From: the human T2T-CHM13v2.0 reference genome, Homo sapiens
Assembly (NCBI RefSeq): GCF_009914755.1
Contig: NC_060927.1
Strand: one strand, 5' to 3'
DNA: 64,000 nt
Shown here: positions 1 to 14,367 of the stretch, piece by piece
Layout: every line of letters starts with the position of its first letter
Numbering within the stretch: the first letter of the stretch is position 1
Position numbers and translations under genes: made by a program
The notes under the pieces: generated by a model
Database searches by the model: none
What the model saw: only the letters and a program-made list of their open reading frames with translations
What the model was told of the DNA's origin: nothing

Positions 1-41
1 TCTGACTTGTAAAGCTACACTATTCTTTGCTTCTTGTTTAG

Positions 42-65
42 ATGAGTCAAAAGGAGGAATGCTGA
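42..65 (+). other. Candidate alternative acceptor / mini terminal exon (phase 0 reads MSQKEEC*)
   Basis: CTGAC branch-like motif, tattctttgcttcttgtttAG|ATG; no clear donor. Confidence 0.3.
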
Positions 66-149
66 AATTCAAGCTAGTTTCTACATTTGTATAGATGTGA
101 AGAACAGCATTACTACAACTGTTTATCCTTAGCTACATGGGAATTTTGA

Positions 150-671
<522 letters not shown>

Positions 672-1229
672 TAATGATGCCTTATAACAAGATATATAGA
701 TAGTACGTGTGAATGTATGTAGGTGGGGTAGGTAAGTAGATAAGAAGAATTGAACTAATAAAACCAGAAATTATGTGAGAATATGCACTAAGAGGCTGGA
801 GAAACCTAAGCGTCCAGAATTGTTGGCCTCAGTTTCTTATAGGTCAGATTTAGTCCTTCAGGGTTTTGAGGGGTTTTTTTTTTTTTTTTTTTTTGGTTCT
901 CTTGTAATTGGATGATGACTGCTACTAAAAGACCAAACACTTTAGCAGTTGCCCAATTCCTTCTCCTTCAGCAGTCACTTAAATGGCAGTGATGTTGACT
1001 TAAATGACAGCCATTCTGTCTAAAAGGCCATGGTTAATCAAAAGAGTATCAGTCAAATGTGTGTGCCTACTATATGCTCAGTTGCAGAGAATCTTCTCCA
1101 AGAGCTTCCCTCATTTGAGAAAAATAATATATGTACACAAATTACTTTTTTAAAAAAAAGTGTTCAAGTATATACTCAAAATGATCTTGTCCGATTTTGG
1201 AGATTATCAGTGAAAAACCTCTTCTAGAG

Positions 1230-1408
1230 CAGTGGTTCTCAAAGTGTAGTCCCCAGACCGGCAACGTCTACATCATCTGGGAAATCGTTAGAAACGCAGA
1301 TTCATGGGACCTACCCCAGACCTACTGAGTCAGAAACTCTGTTTCTGATCTGTGTTTTAACAAATGTTCTGGGTGATTCTGGCGCATGCTGAAGTTTGAG
1401 AACCATTC
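1230..1408. mobile_element. MER5A-like hAT-Charlie DNA transposon
   Basis: CAGTGGTTCTCAAA...TTTGAGAACCATTC termini; 8-bp TSD TTCTAGAG (1222-1229, 1409-1416). Confidence 0.9.
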
Positions 1409-1922
1409 TTCTAGAGAAACAGAAAAGAACATTAGATGTGTAGTTGGTACTTAAAATTATCAGGAATATGACTACCTGAGCAAAGAATTGGCCAATAACC
1501 CACATCAGTGGGGAGCCTTAAGGATAGGGACGGAGGGAGGGTGGGCGATGGGATCACTTATGAAGACAGATGAATAGGGCTGCTAACTGAGGAGGCATCA
1601 GGCCGCGGCTGTGGAAGTGAAAAGGAAGCCAGGCCACCAACTGAAGACTCCTTTGTTGTAAAGTTTCAGAGGTTTCTTCAAGTTGAAGAGAAAGACTAAC
1701 TGACAAATTGAAAAGTCAAGGAGAGCTGATGTAACAAACAGGGATGAAAATACGCATACTAAAAGGTCATCTCAAATACAAGTAGTTATTTAAAGCAAAA
1801 TTACAGGGGAAAAAAGTCTTAATGGCCAACTTTGACATTCAACTTTGAGTTGAAAGATTTCAGCAGCTTTAAATATAAGCTTTGAGTAAAGTATCCTTCA
1901 ATAAGGGTTGAGCAGACCAAGA

Positions 1923-2226
1923 TTTTTTTTTTTTTTTTTTTTCCAAGACAAGATCTCAGTTGCCCAGGCTGGAGTGCAGTGGCATCATCACTGTTCACTG
2001 CAACCTCCACCTGCCAGGATCAAGTGATCCTCCCACTCTTAGCTTCTCAAGTAGCTGGGACTACAGGTGCACGCTACCATGCCTAGCTAATTTTTTTTCC
2101 CCTTTGGTAGAGATGGGGTTTTGCTACGTTGCCCAGGCTGGTCTCGAACTCCTGGGCTCAAGCAGTCTGCCCACCTCAGCCTCCCCAAGTGGTGGGATTA
2201 CAGGCGTGAGCCCGCTGCACCTGGCT
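1923..2226 (-). mobile_element. Alu (J-like)
   Basis: Antisense Alu, poly-T, TSD ~GAGCA(G/C)ACCAAGATTT. Confidence 0.95.
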
Positions 2227-2789
2227 GAGCACACCAAGATTTCTAAATCAATTTGAACACTTGAGATTATCCAAATTTAGCTAAGTTGTATTGGATCCCC
2301 TCTCAAGGTTACCTGCCAAGGGAAGGGTTGTGGGAGAAAAATCTGAGCTAAACATCTGAACTATCAGGTAGTAAGATGAATGAATTACTGGCATTTTAAC
2401 CTAATTGTGAATTTATTTCATGTGTCATATTAGGTTCTCCTTCCTGAGCCGAATCTGTGGATACGGTGTAGTGTGTAACACTTCCTTTAAAGATGTCACT
2501 CACCTAAGGAAACTTCAGGGGCTAGCTGGAATTTCCTAATCCAATTCTTAATTAAAAGCTTTATTAAAAGCTACCTTTTGGAAATACTAAGTCCTTGTAA
2601 GTCTTCTCATCTAAATTATAACAGAGAAAGCATCTCCACAGGAGCCTAAAAATAGTATTTTGATTTGAGAGGATAATGCTAGTTTTGAAGAAGAAAAAAT
2701 AACCACATTGAAATTGAACCTAGGTAAATTAGTCTTGTTTTATGTTCTCTCCAGATATTTTGTACCAAAAATGAGTTCATGTGAAAAGT

Positions 2790-2965
2790 GAGATTAAGTG
2801 TCACATCTACTATGTGACAGATGCTATGCTAATAAATTTGCGTATAACCTCGCAATTCTCCACCAATCAGCTAGGAATTATCATCCTGATTGTATGGATG
2901 AGAAAACAGACTTTGATAAGTTAAATGACAAAACCATAAGAAACTAGATCTGATTCCAAAGCCTT
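2790..2965. mobile_element. MIR fragment
   Basis: Degenerate MIR core (ctactatgtgacagatgct...gatgagaaaacagac). Confidence 0.55.
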
Positions 2966-3939
2966 TATTCTTTTTACCCTAATTCCTCTACAGTTTTAGG
3001 AAGCTAAAAACATAGGAGTAGGACCTTAACCCACTTGCAGACAACAATTTTCTTGAATATATATTCCGTATAGCCTTTTTATCTCAGTTGACTTGAATGC
3101 TCAGCCTAAAATCCAAAACTAAGACTAACTGGGTTAAGGAAAATCTTAATACAGAGACAGAAGTAAGTATGCCCTAAAATACCTAGAACAGGTCTAGAGA
3201 CCCATCAACATGAGAATATATTTAGTTCAGCAACCAAATGAATAGAATCGGCTTCTTGTTTGGGATTTTGAAAGTACTTTTTCATTTGAACTAGTCTTAG
3301 GCAATGGTCTCGCCTGACCTTCAGCGAGCCTCAGTGTCTACTGGGTGGCAAGAAATAGATACCGTGAATGGTCACAGCATTATTTACAGCATTTAATCAT
3401 TCTGGACCTCAAAGAGATTTGAGAACATTTCTCATTTTCCTAGTTATGGTAGGTAATTTTTTTTTCTCTAACCAACTACTCAAGAGTCATTGAAGAGAAA
3501 AATCAGGACCCACTGAAAGTGTGGACACGAACCCTCCCTCTCAAACCTAGGATTCTAAACACTGCTTTTCTTGTTAGTATGGCGTGTTGTTACTATCGTA
3601 CAAAGCCACCATTTTCCAATGAGTCTTCAAATCATTTGGAAGTGCATTTGGGAAACAAGAAAGAATCCTGTGCTTTTATTGTTTTTTGTTTCTTTATGAA
3701 ACAAGTGGCAAGCAATACTTCTGAATGTTACATTGCATGACTAGGTCACAGAATTTCCCATTCTGCCTAAGAAGATGCCTTTTTTGAAGTGCTGTGTGTT
3801 TGATATAGCGATGGTACACTATTTGTAGAAAGTGGGTTTCAGTATAAACCATAACCACAGAGGTAAATCTATGGTTCAGTATGCGATTTGACGTACAGGA
3901 AGTATCTGGGTCTAATGATGAAACTTTTTAACTTTCCAG

Positions 3940-4026
3940 ATGACAGAACAAAGGAAGCAGAAACAAAGAATTGGTCTTCTAGGACATCCTCCTCACATGA
4001 ATGTCAACCCACAACAACCAGCATAA
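3940..4026 (+). CDS. Terminal coding exon of an unidentified + strand gene (phase 0: [28 protein letters not shown]; phase 1 alternative ends at TGA 4032-4034)
   Basis: Branch-like CTAAT (3912), pyrimidine tract and ttccAG acceptor at 3938-3939; short open frame followed by a repeat-free UTR-like tract and poly(A) signal. Reading phase cannot be fixed without the upstream exons. Confidence 0.7.
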
Positions 4027-5306
4027 GCAAATGAAAGAAAGGAATTGTATTTACCTTTTATAATTATTATTAGTGTGGGTATGGCTAATGAGTTCTGATT
4101 CACCCACGAAGGTTACATTTATGCTGAATACATTTGTAAATACTCAGTTTTATACTGTATGTATATGATTGCTACTCTAAAGGTTTGGATATATGTATTG
4201 TAATTAGAATTGTTGGCATGATGACATTTCATTTGTGCCAAAAATATTAAAAATGCCTTTTTTGGAAGGACTAACAGAAAGCACCTGATTTGCACTTGAA
4301 CCAGATTATAGATTTAAAAGTATATGACATGTATTTTGTATTTAAAACTAGAATAGCCAGTATTTATGTTTTTTATAAAACTGTGCAATACGAATTATGC
4401 AATCACAATACATTTGTAGCTCCCGAGTGTCCTAAAGGGAGTGCACTTCTTTGAAGCTGGTGTGTTAATACTATGTAATAAATGGTTAACTTTCAAATGA
4501 TGCTGCTGCCAAAATTATATTAATAGTGAGTTTCAGGCCCCTGGGCATTTTGTACCATGTAATTATCCTCTGGTGATGCTGTTTCTCGTTAGTGGCAGTA
4601 GTGCCTCCGTCTCCTAGTGATAATGCTCCAAGTCTATGAACTGTTAAATCAGCATTCATTTTAAGAAAAGCAACTTTAGTTTCAAAGATACTTTTAAGCT
4701 TCTAAATTGATCATTTAAACTATTTCTTTAAATAAGAGAGCCAAATTAGAGGCTCATACTTTAGCTTGTGAAGAAGATAATGAATTTTTTAAAGGGAACT
4801 TTCTATGCAATGTTCAGGATAAATGCATACTGCTGGCCAATCAGTGTCATCTCCTGGGTAAATTTTGATGTCGCATTATAAAGACATGCATAATTGATGG
4901 TTTCTAGATTATCTAGTCCAAACAATAGAGTTTATTTTTTCTTCATCTGAACCAACATGCTACAGTAGCTAAGAAGTATTAAAACTATATACATCCATAT
5001 AAAGATGAAATATGAACTATCTCATTAGAAGTCATAGTTGACCACAGACATGTTATTCTTCTGAAAGAGCCACATTTTGGTTTTATTTCTTGTCACATGA
5101 TTTCTTTTCTTGATGGATGAAAAATATGAAAGGAAACTTTTATATCTGTTGCCTAGTTTTGTACATGGATCTCATTTTACAAGAGAATCTCTCTGCAAAA
5201 AAAAAAAAAAAACAGTTTAAAAATGCATTGAAAGCAGAGTTCTGAAATGAGTAAAGTTTGTAAATGCATATATAAAAATATTTAATAAATGATGCAGAAT
5301 ATACAG
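4027..5306 (+). other. 3'UTR of the + strand gene
   Basis: 1.3 kb AU-rich, no recognisable transposon; Pumilio element TGTAAATA (4135), several miRNA seed matches, AATAAA at 4477 and 5284. Confidence 0.75.
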
Positions 5307-5340
5307 TGACTGGTTGGTGGCTTTCATTTGGCATTTGTGA
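5284..5340 (+). terminator. Distal poly(A) signal with downstream GU-rich element
   Basis: AATAAA 5284-5289, CA near 5304, then TGGTTGGTGGCTTTCATTTGG; upstream TGTA motifs. Confidence 0.7.
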
Positions 5341-8300
5341 CTTAACTGCTATTCCATTTATGTACTTTCTTTAGGATCAGTTTGAAGTACAGTCGGTTTG
5401 ATTACCAGGTTAATTCAGAAAATGTTTACCTGATTATTTAAAAAAACACTTGCTGTTGTTATGACAGCTCTGAGGAGAATTATTAGAACAAACATTGGGG
5501 AGTATTTAGTACAACATTCATTCATTCTTCTGGATTAGTGACTGCCAGCCAGGCTGTCGGGAGCGCCCTACTAAATCTCCTGTCTCTTCTGCTTTTACTG
5601 GGGGATCTTTAATTTGCTGTGTGCCATGTGGAAGTATCGGGAACAGCTGAAATTTGTTTTAGTTCATGCCCAGTGGTCAGGGTCCTTCAGCAAAGTGTAA
5701 AATGTTTTTACAGAGCCACCTTGCCTGTCCAAACGTAGTAAAACCTGTTCCCTCCTCAAATCAGTGCTTGCCCTGGCTGCTTTTTTTGACACTAATTTTC
5801 TCTATGCTTTGGTAAATAATACCACCCAATGTTGGGAACTAGGTCAAGATTAAATTCCAGTTAAATGGCTAGTTTTGTAACTAATGCTTCTACTTTATAA
5901 ATTTGATAACTTAAAAACAAATTAATTTTTTCCAGTCAGTGCAGCCTGTCTCCACAAAATTTTTCCATCGTAAGGCAAGCCTAAGACAGATACCTACTTT
6001 TATCTGTAAGCAAAATGGCAATCTATGCTAACCCCCACAATGCACACATTAGCTAGCAAGGACTTGCTTTTCCCCTGGGCTTTCTCTTTGATCTCTCACA
6101 CTGCCCAACGAGATGTGGCAGTGTGTGTGGTTTGTCTCCCAAGTCCCATCCAGTTCATTGGAAAGTTCTGCATTGACATGCCAAGTTGCAGCTTTTACAG
6201 GTTTGTCATGTTCCATTTGAATCCTGTCACTTAAGATATAAATCTTCATTCAGTGTGCCAGCTTCAGCAGAAAATAAACGAAATTGGAATGCCACTCCTC
6301 CCTCCATGCAGTAGATCCTACCCTTGCCGTTTGGGTGTGAACACTAAAGCTAGTAGAATTGAAACATACAATTTGAAGTGAAAACTCCGGGGGCCTTTGA
6401 TGTGTAATTGTAATTCTGCCTGCTTCCTTCACATTGTGCCTTTCCAACACCTCTATTTTAAGATCAAGGTCCAAGTCACCTTCAAAGTTACCTACCCGGA
6501 TGAAGAATTAGTGTTATCAGGGTGAAAGTATGGTAGTACTCGCTAACATGAGAGAAAGCCAATGTTACTTAATTAAGCCATTTTATTTAATATTAACAGT
6601 TTGCTACAGCACCAATTCAAGTTTCAAGCATCTGCAAATTTCCCTAACTAATCCATCTGTTAAAGGGTCTGGGAAATTCCATTCCACTTCTCTAACATTT
6701 ATGGGATCTTACCCTTTCCATGCCCCTAAAATTGTGTAGTGATTACCCTGTTTCTCTCTACAAGTAAAGCTTCCACTCTGTTTGCTGTCGTCCTGAAGGT
6801 CTAAATGATATTCCATCCACCCTGTTCAGTTTTCTCCTAGTGCTGTATTTATCTGTATTTACCCTGCCCCCAACATACAAAATATGACTTTAATGTCATT
6901 CTTTAAAGATTTGATACTATTCACTTAGTTTGCTTTCAAGTTCATGTTCCTTATTCATTGTTCTTCATTCAGCCAATTTTTTTTTATTTGGTTGCCCTTT
7001 CTGGAAATCAATTGCTTGATTTTGCTCCTGTAAAATGTGCTCTTTCACTGCGTTTCACTGAGCACTTCCTAATATAAATTCTAAAGCAAGCATCCTTTGT
7101 CTATGGACGCTAGTCAACAACTCAGCCTTTGCAGCAGCAAACTATACAGAGCTGTTTGTCTCCCAAGTCCCATACAGTTCACTGCAAAGTTCTGCATTGA
7201 CATGCCATGTGCTAGTGGGAAATTACTAAGATCTCTAGAGTAAATTAAGAAAATAACCTGTTAAAAACTCAATTGTAGATCTCTGTATACTCCTACTATA
7301 GACGGCTTGGATAAAGCCTTAATAGGCAAAGGCCTGAAAGTTTCTGATAGTTATTTTAAGGCTAATAATGAGACCCTTAGCCTGACTTTTGAGCGGCAGG
7401 GAGGGAAATTTATTCCTTCCAAACTGTTACAATCATAACTACATACTTATAGAAGCAGAGTTGGGTTTTTGCCAAAACTTTTTCGCCAAAACTTTTTTTT
7501 TTTTACAGATTTTGATAACATATGTGCTTGTTAGAAGACAAATTATATGACAGTAAAAGTCACCTTTACATAAGACAGAATATAATAACAAAGGACTGTT
7601 ATTGAAGGCTCTTGAGACACTGTACAGCAGAAGTGAAACTTATTTTAAATAAGATAAGAAATTGAGCCCTAAAGAAGTAAAGTAACTTGTCCAAGGACTC
7701 AGCTCCAGAATAAATAAAGATCTCCTGACTAAGCAAAATACAGAGAGCTCTTCCCACTTGCTATCTCCCTTCCAGAGTGGGGATATCAGTAATCAGTTTC
7801 CCTTAACTGTTCTCCCTTTACACAAAGCATTCATGCAGAACTTTATTTTGTCCTACATGTGGAACAATACAGATTGATTTGTTTTTTCTTTTCAAATCTC
7901 TTTCATGAGATGATGGATCTACACATTAGAAAGTATTGACTCTGAATATTTTGTCAAGACCGAAAACTTTGTGGCAAAGATAAGCAGTGAGTGAGCTCCT
8001 GAAGTCTTTATCTTTCACAACTACAAATCTCTTGTATATAGCTCTTATATAACTGCATTTTTCAAAGGGAGAATCCGTCCTCGGCCCAATCAAGGTGGCT
8101 TCTTCCTAGGGAGCATGTGCAGGTGCACACTGGTGTCCTCTCCTACCACAGATGTCAGTGTTCATTGGCAAACTCTGCCTTGGTCTTGTTCCTTACACTA
8201 ATAATTTAACAATCAACTAGAATGTTGGAAAATCCCCATAAAGATTTCAATTTTACAGAAAGTACCCAAAATTCCACTAGTTTTGCATCACAAAGTAGTG

Positions 8301-9744
8301 GTTGAAGTAAAGTTTTGAGTAAAACGCCGTGTGTGTGGTTTTTGTGGGTGGTTGCAGCTCAGAACAACGTTTAGGCCTCATCAATCATCTGACAGGAGAG
8401 AGTATGATGGCAATTTATAATAAGATGATTATAATTATCATACACATTTTTCCATCTTTGGTATCATATGCCACATTAAGCAACTCTTACAACCTAGAGG
8501 CCAATTCAGAAGCATAACAAGCCTTCAGGTCTGGAACCAAAAAAGTCTACCAAAATCAAGAAAATAAAAAGGTAGATCACTGGTGGGTGTTTACATTTGG
8601 TCAACTCAGACAATGCTATGGAGTCTCCAGCTGCTGGTATTTTAAACTCATTTGGTAAAACAAATCTCTAGCTTACTAGGGCAAGACATTAAAAAAAAAA
8701 TTACCAAAGGAACATCTTAAAATACTTTAAGGTCATGACAAACCAGTGTGAAAGAGAATCCTAACACCTAGAAGCGAAACTGCATCATCCACCCAGCTTG
8801 GAGAGAAAAAAGAAAGCCAAAAACCACTATAGAATAAGAATGCAGAGTTTGAGAAAACCCCTAAGGTGAATTCTGAACAACAACACAAAGAGTCCAACAA
8901 CATAAGAAGTGCACACTGTACGCAAGAACCACTAACGGAAAGAGTTTGCCAGCACATTTATAATGACCTCACAATACATGGTTGGTCCCAGGTAAATGGA
9001 ACTTCAGACAATCCAGGAATTTCACCTATTTACTCCTGAGCATAAGTCACATACTTATCACCTATGGTATCTCATAAAGTCTTGTAAGAAGCTTTTTGTA
9101 AAAGTTCTCTGCAGAAAAACAATTAAGGTTTGGTATAAAACTGGGACAAGGAGACCTGAACCACACAAGGCTTAGGTGCTAGGTCTATGTCAGAGTCCAC
9201 ATGGCAACATGGTAGAATGGAAAGAACATGGGCCTTAAAGTGGATAAGAATTCTAATACCATTTCTGTCACTGAAATGTTATAACTTGGAGCAAGTTACT
9301 AATGATTTTAATGTGCAGTTCCCCCCTTCTCAAGAGTAGAGATGCTACCACGTACTTCTTTGGGCAGTAATGGGCATCAAGAAAGATAATCTATACCAAG
9401 AGTCTGGCATATACCTGATACGTTACTTCCCATTCCTTTGCAACATGACCATTTCCTTTTTTTCATACCTATCCACAATCTCAGCTAACTATTGCATGAC
9501 CAAAAGCTTCTTTCTGTTCCCACTAAATGGGTCTGATGTTATTACTGCGGGATCCTAAATCTACATGTCTTAACATGACATATTTGGGCCACATCCAGTC
9601 ATTTTAAAAACTTTTATCTTTCTATCCAAAGTACGTTTTAACTATCAGTTTGAACTGAATAAATTCATAAAGAAACCTCTCATACAGCTTATGACTTCCA
9701 GATAACTATCCTCATATTTTTTAGCAGTGCTGGATTCAAATCTA

Positions 9745-10065
<321 letters not shown>

Positions 10066-10299
10066 AAATAAATCTCTACAGAAAAAATGTTTTATCTTGG
10101 GAATGACAATATATTTCCTTAGTTTCTGAAATGCCTTCACTTACATTCTCATTTAAACCTCCCAGTCTTGTCAAGTAGATATTATCTCTGAAGTCTGAAT
10201 GGTCCCAAGTTGTACTATCTTTAATTTAACATTCAAATACAAATTCTACATCTCACTACCTATAGAAGACCCAGAGCCTCTTTAATAATTTCTTTCTGA

Positions 10300-11463
10300 G
10301 AAGGATCCTGAGAAGGAGCAGAGACCCCACCTTGGGGGCCCGTGAGCCCCTCTGCAACCCGAGCATGAAAATAAAGGAAAATCTTGCATTCCTTCAAGGG
10401 CAATTCCAGGCACCTAGCTAGCCCTGAGAAGTGAATAAGCAACTTGTTGAGCAATAAAGTAATATAATAGCAGCCTCAGCGCAGTGGCTCATGATTTGGG
10501 AGGCTGAGGCAGGTAGACTGCTTGAGCCCAGGAGTTCAAGACCAGCCTGGGCAACATGGCAAAACCCCATCTCTACAAAAAATACAAAAATTAGCCAGGC
10601 GTGGTGGCACACACCCATAGTCCCAGCTATTCAGGAGGCTGAAGTAGGAGGATCTCCTGATCCCAGGGAGGTCAAGGCTGCAGTGAGCCAAGATCACACC
10701 ACTGCACTCCAACCTGGGCAATAGAGTGAGACACTGTCTCTAAAATAAAATAACATAAAATAAAATAAATAAAATAAAATAAAATATAATAATAAAATAA
10801 AATAAAATAAAATAAAATAAGGTAATAGTAGCCTAAAACAATAGCCAAGGAAGTCATGAGATGTTTGGTTCCCTAAAGAAACTATAGATAGTATCTTAAC
10901 GTATGTCCTTGAGTTGTTTTTTAAAAACCCAGACCACTACCAAAGGAAAAATGCTGTCAGCTGGCAGGCAAATCTCAGATAAGGGGGAACGGAGGATGGA
11001 ACTCTGACCACTGTTCTTTGTTCTAAATTTCTTCTTGAAGGGCCTGGAGGAAGTTATTGCCCACAGGCCAGAGCTAACATTCTTTTCTGCTGACCTCAAA
11101 TTTTTCTACAAAGCTTCACCTCCTTAAACAATTGCACATTAGAAAATATCTCTGAATCCACCTATGATCTATGGGCTGTACCCTTCCACTCCTACTCCAC
11201 TTTGAGATATCCCACCTTTTTAGGTTAAACCAATATGTAGCCTCATGTATTGATTTATGACTTTGCCTGTAACCTCTGCCACGCTGCCTTTAAAAACCCT
11301 TACCTGTGTAAGCCATCTGGGAGTTCAGGTCTTAAGCATGACCTCCCTGATCCTCCTTGCTTGGTGCCCTGCAACAAATGCCCCACTTTCTCTCCCTGCA
11401 ATCCCGATGTCAGTGTGTGGCTTTGCTGCTCTGGGTGGGCAGACCCAAGTTCAGCAAGTAACC
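10300..11463 (+). mobile_element. ERV1-class solo LTR interrupted by an Alu
   Basis: TG start, LTR-like body with TATA-like and poly(A)-like region, ends ~GTAAC; sequence resumes across the Alu TSD; subfamily not assigned. Confidence 0.7.
10458..10820 (+). mobile_element. AluJ with long (AAAAT)n tail inside the LTR
   Basis: Alu dimer; TSD TAATAG(C/T)AGCCT. Confidence 0.95.
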
Positions 11464-12056
11464 ATTCTAAGGAGGGTGTTTACACCTTCTTCATGATCCC
11501 TTGTCACTGTTTCATCCTAAATCCTGATTCCAACCCAATTATCTGTTCCTTCTCATCATCTCCCCTCTCTTTATTTCACTGGTGTGGACACAGCTCTCTC
11601 TCCTACCTGTCCCCAAAGCACCACTATCATCTGGGCTTTGTGAAGAGCAGATCTTTAGTGGAAGAAGATTACAATAAGGAATAGGAAACAATTAAAAATT
11701 GAGAATCAGTCATCAAAGCTCCCTCCCCCTTCCTTTTCACTCATGGGAGGAGCAACTTCTCTTCTCAGCCTGTTGGCAGGCAGGCATCTACTTTTTCTTT
11801 CCCACTTGCCTAAACAAACAAAAGCAAAACAAACCAACAACAACAAAAAAAACCTTCCTTCCAGCCTCAAGTGAAAACCAAAAATTCTTGTTTCTTTACT
11901 ATGCAGAGCAATTGTAGCCCTCAGTTCCCAGTCATTCCTCTCTAGATTAGGCCTTTACCTTGGCCAAAAAAAAAAGGCTATAATTCTGTCATCCTTAGCT
12001 TCCACTTGCAGGGCAAACTGGCTGCTAAAATAGCATTTTTTTCTGATACATCCCTA

Positions 12057-12406
<350 letters not shown>

Positions 12407-13411
12407 AGAAAGTTGAAGTGATTTGACCAAACCAGAACATCAGACCTGGGATTCAAAAGCCAGATCATCTGACCTCATGTATATTCCTCAGTATCCCAGT
12501 GCTTCACTATGTGAGGTGCCATCCAGCTATGTTCCTGTGTCTGCACCTCTACCTGCCCACCTTGCCTGGGGGAGATGTGTAAGGTATCAGAGTTCTAAGA
12601 GATGCAAAGAAAAGTCAGAATTCTTAAAGGCAAAAGCTGCAACTAGTTCATTTCTGTTTTGTTAGTACCTAGCACAATTCCTCCCAAACAAAGAGGGTCA
12701 ATGCCTTTGAGGGGTAAAAAAAAAGATTATTTTTGAAACTTCACTTAATCTGCTTGTTTTGGAGCCAAGGGCAAGGAGGAGTCTTTCATTAAGGAACGAA
12801 TATCTAGCAGTGGCCCAAAAAGAAGGTGCATATAGAACTGAACATCAGGCAGTCACTACTCTTTTTGTTGCTAACTGACCATTCAATCCTATAAACTAAC
12901 CATTAATCATAATGCCTCTGGCTCCGGTAACCCTGCTTCACAACATTCTCCAATTTGCTCCCTCTAACCAGGGGATCCCAATCTCTCTCTTCCTCCCTCT
13001 TTCAACTCTTATAACAAAGCTGTGATTTAGCATGGTCTCTACGAACGTGCAAATTCAGACCCACATATACTTTCATACTCCTCTCTCCACCCAACTCCCT
13101 TATCTAACAATGCTAAAAGATAATCCCTCAACAATCCAGGTAGTATTATGGCAGTTCTCATTACACCTGAAGAGACAGAGCACATTTAAGTAGCCTAAAG
13201 AAATTATGGCCATTTTGAATAACAAATTATGGTTCATCTATACATAAACCATATGTAAATCACTTGAGTTAGAGTCTCCCAACCAGATTTAACAAATTTT
13301 AGTATTTCTGCTAATACTAGAAATTTCACAATGGGCCAAAGGACTTAGGGGTGGATGGAAGTCTTTCATAGCTCTTTTTGTACCATTCCATAGGATTTTA
13401 AACCGAAACTC

Positions 13412-13829
13412 TGACATGCTTTGGATCTGTGTCCCCACCTAAATCTCATGTAGAACTGTAATCCCTGTTGTTGAAGGTGGGACCTGGTGGGAGGTGACTG
13501 GATCCTGGGGGCAGAGTTCTCATGAACGGTTTAGCACCATCTCTCCTTGATACTGTATAGTGAGTGAGTTCTCATGAGATCTGGTTGTTTAAAAGTGTGT
13601 AGCACCTCCTGCACCCTCTCTTCCTTCTACTCCAGCCATTTGAAGTGCTGGCCCGCTGTTTTCCTTCCGCCATGACTAAGTTTCCTGAGGCTTCGAGGCC
13701 CAGAAGCAGAGCAGATGACACCATGCTTCCTGTACAGACTGCAGAACCGTGAGCCAATTAAACCTTTTTTTCTATAAAGTACCCAGTCTCAGGCATTTTT
13801 TTATGGCAGTGTGAGAATGGACTAATATA
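13412..13829 (+). mobile_element. MST (ERVL-MaLR) solo LTR
   Basis: TGACATGCTTTGGATCTGTGTCCCC...GGACTAATATA; 5-bp TSD AACTC/AATTC. Confidence 0.9.
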
Positions 13830-13869
13830 AATTCTCATACTTATGGGTAGAGTACAGTACAACCAATTT

Positions 13870-14090
13870 GAAAAACAACTGAAGTTAAAAAAAAATAAAC
13901 ACACCTACTAAAAAATCCAGAAATCCTACTACCACGTATTAATCCAAAAGAAATGAAAATATATGTCTATACAAAAACCTGTATGCAAATTATAAACACC
14001 TTTATTGATATCACCTCAAACTGGAAACAAACCAAATGTCCATCAGCTAGTAAATGAATAAACAAATGGTGGTGCAAACATACAATGGCG
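13870..14090 (+). mobile_element. Old L1 (L1M) 3' fragment
   Basis: aactggaaacaaaccaaatgtccatca...gaataaacaaatggtgg. Confidence 0.7.
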
Positions 14091-14367
14091 ATGGTGTGCA
14101 GGTGGCCCACAGCCCACACACCCAGGACTGCTAATGTTTGGGTTGACTCATGGTACTTTTACCCTTTTTAGCACATTCAGTGTGCACACTTTTTCAACTA
14201 AGTATTTCACAGAGTTGGGCAGGAGGGCAAGGGTCAAAAACCTGCTCACTAGAGAGCAAGGTAGCACTGGCAGTGAAACTTAAAATGATTTGTGCTCCTG
14301 ATTTAAATAAAAATAATCAGTTGCCTGTGTTTTAGAACTTACAAATGGAACAGTCCTGTAGGTATGC

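Noticed and set aside
3940-4026. Assigning a gene symbol to the terminal exon
   Set aside because: I do not recognise the peptide reliably; needs a BLAST search
8733-8957. Hydrophobic 74-aa minus-strand ORF resembling a membrane peptide
   Set aside because: Non-ATG start, no convincing splice sites; explained by T-rich composition
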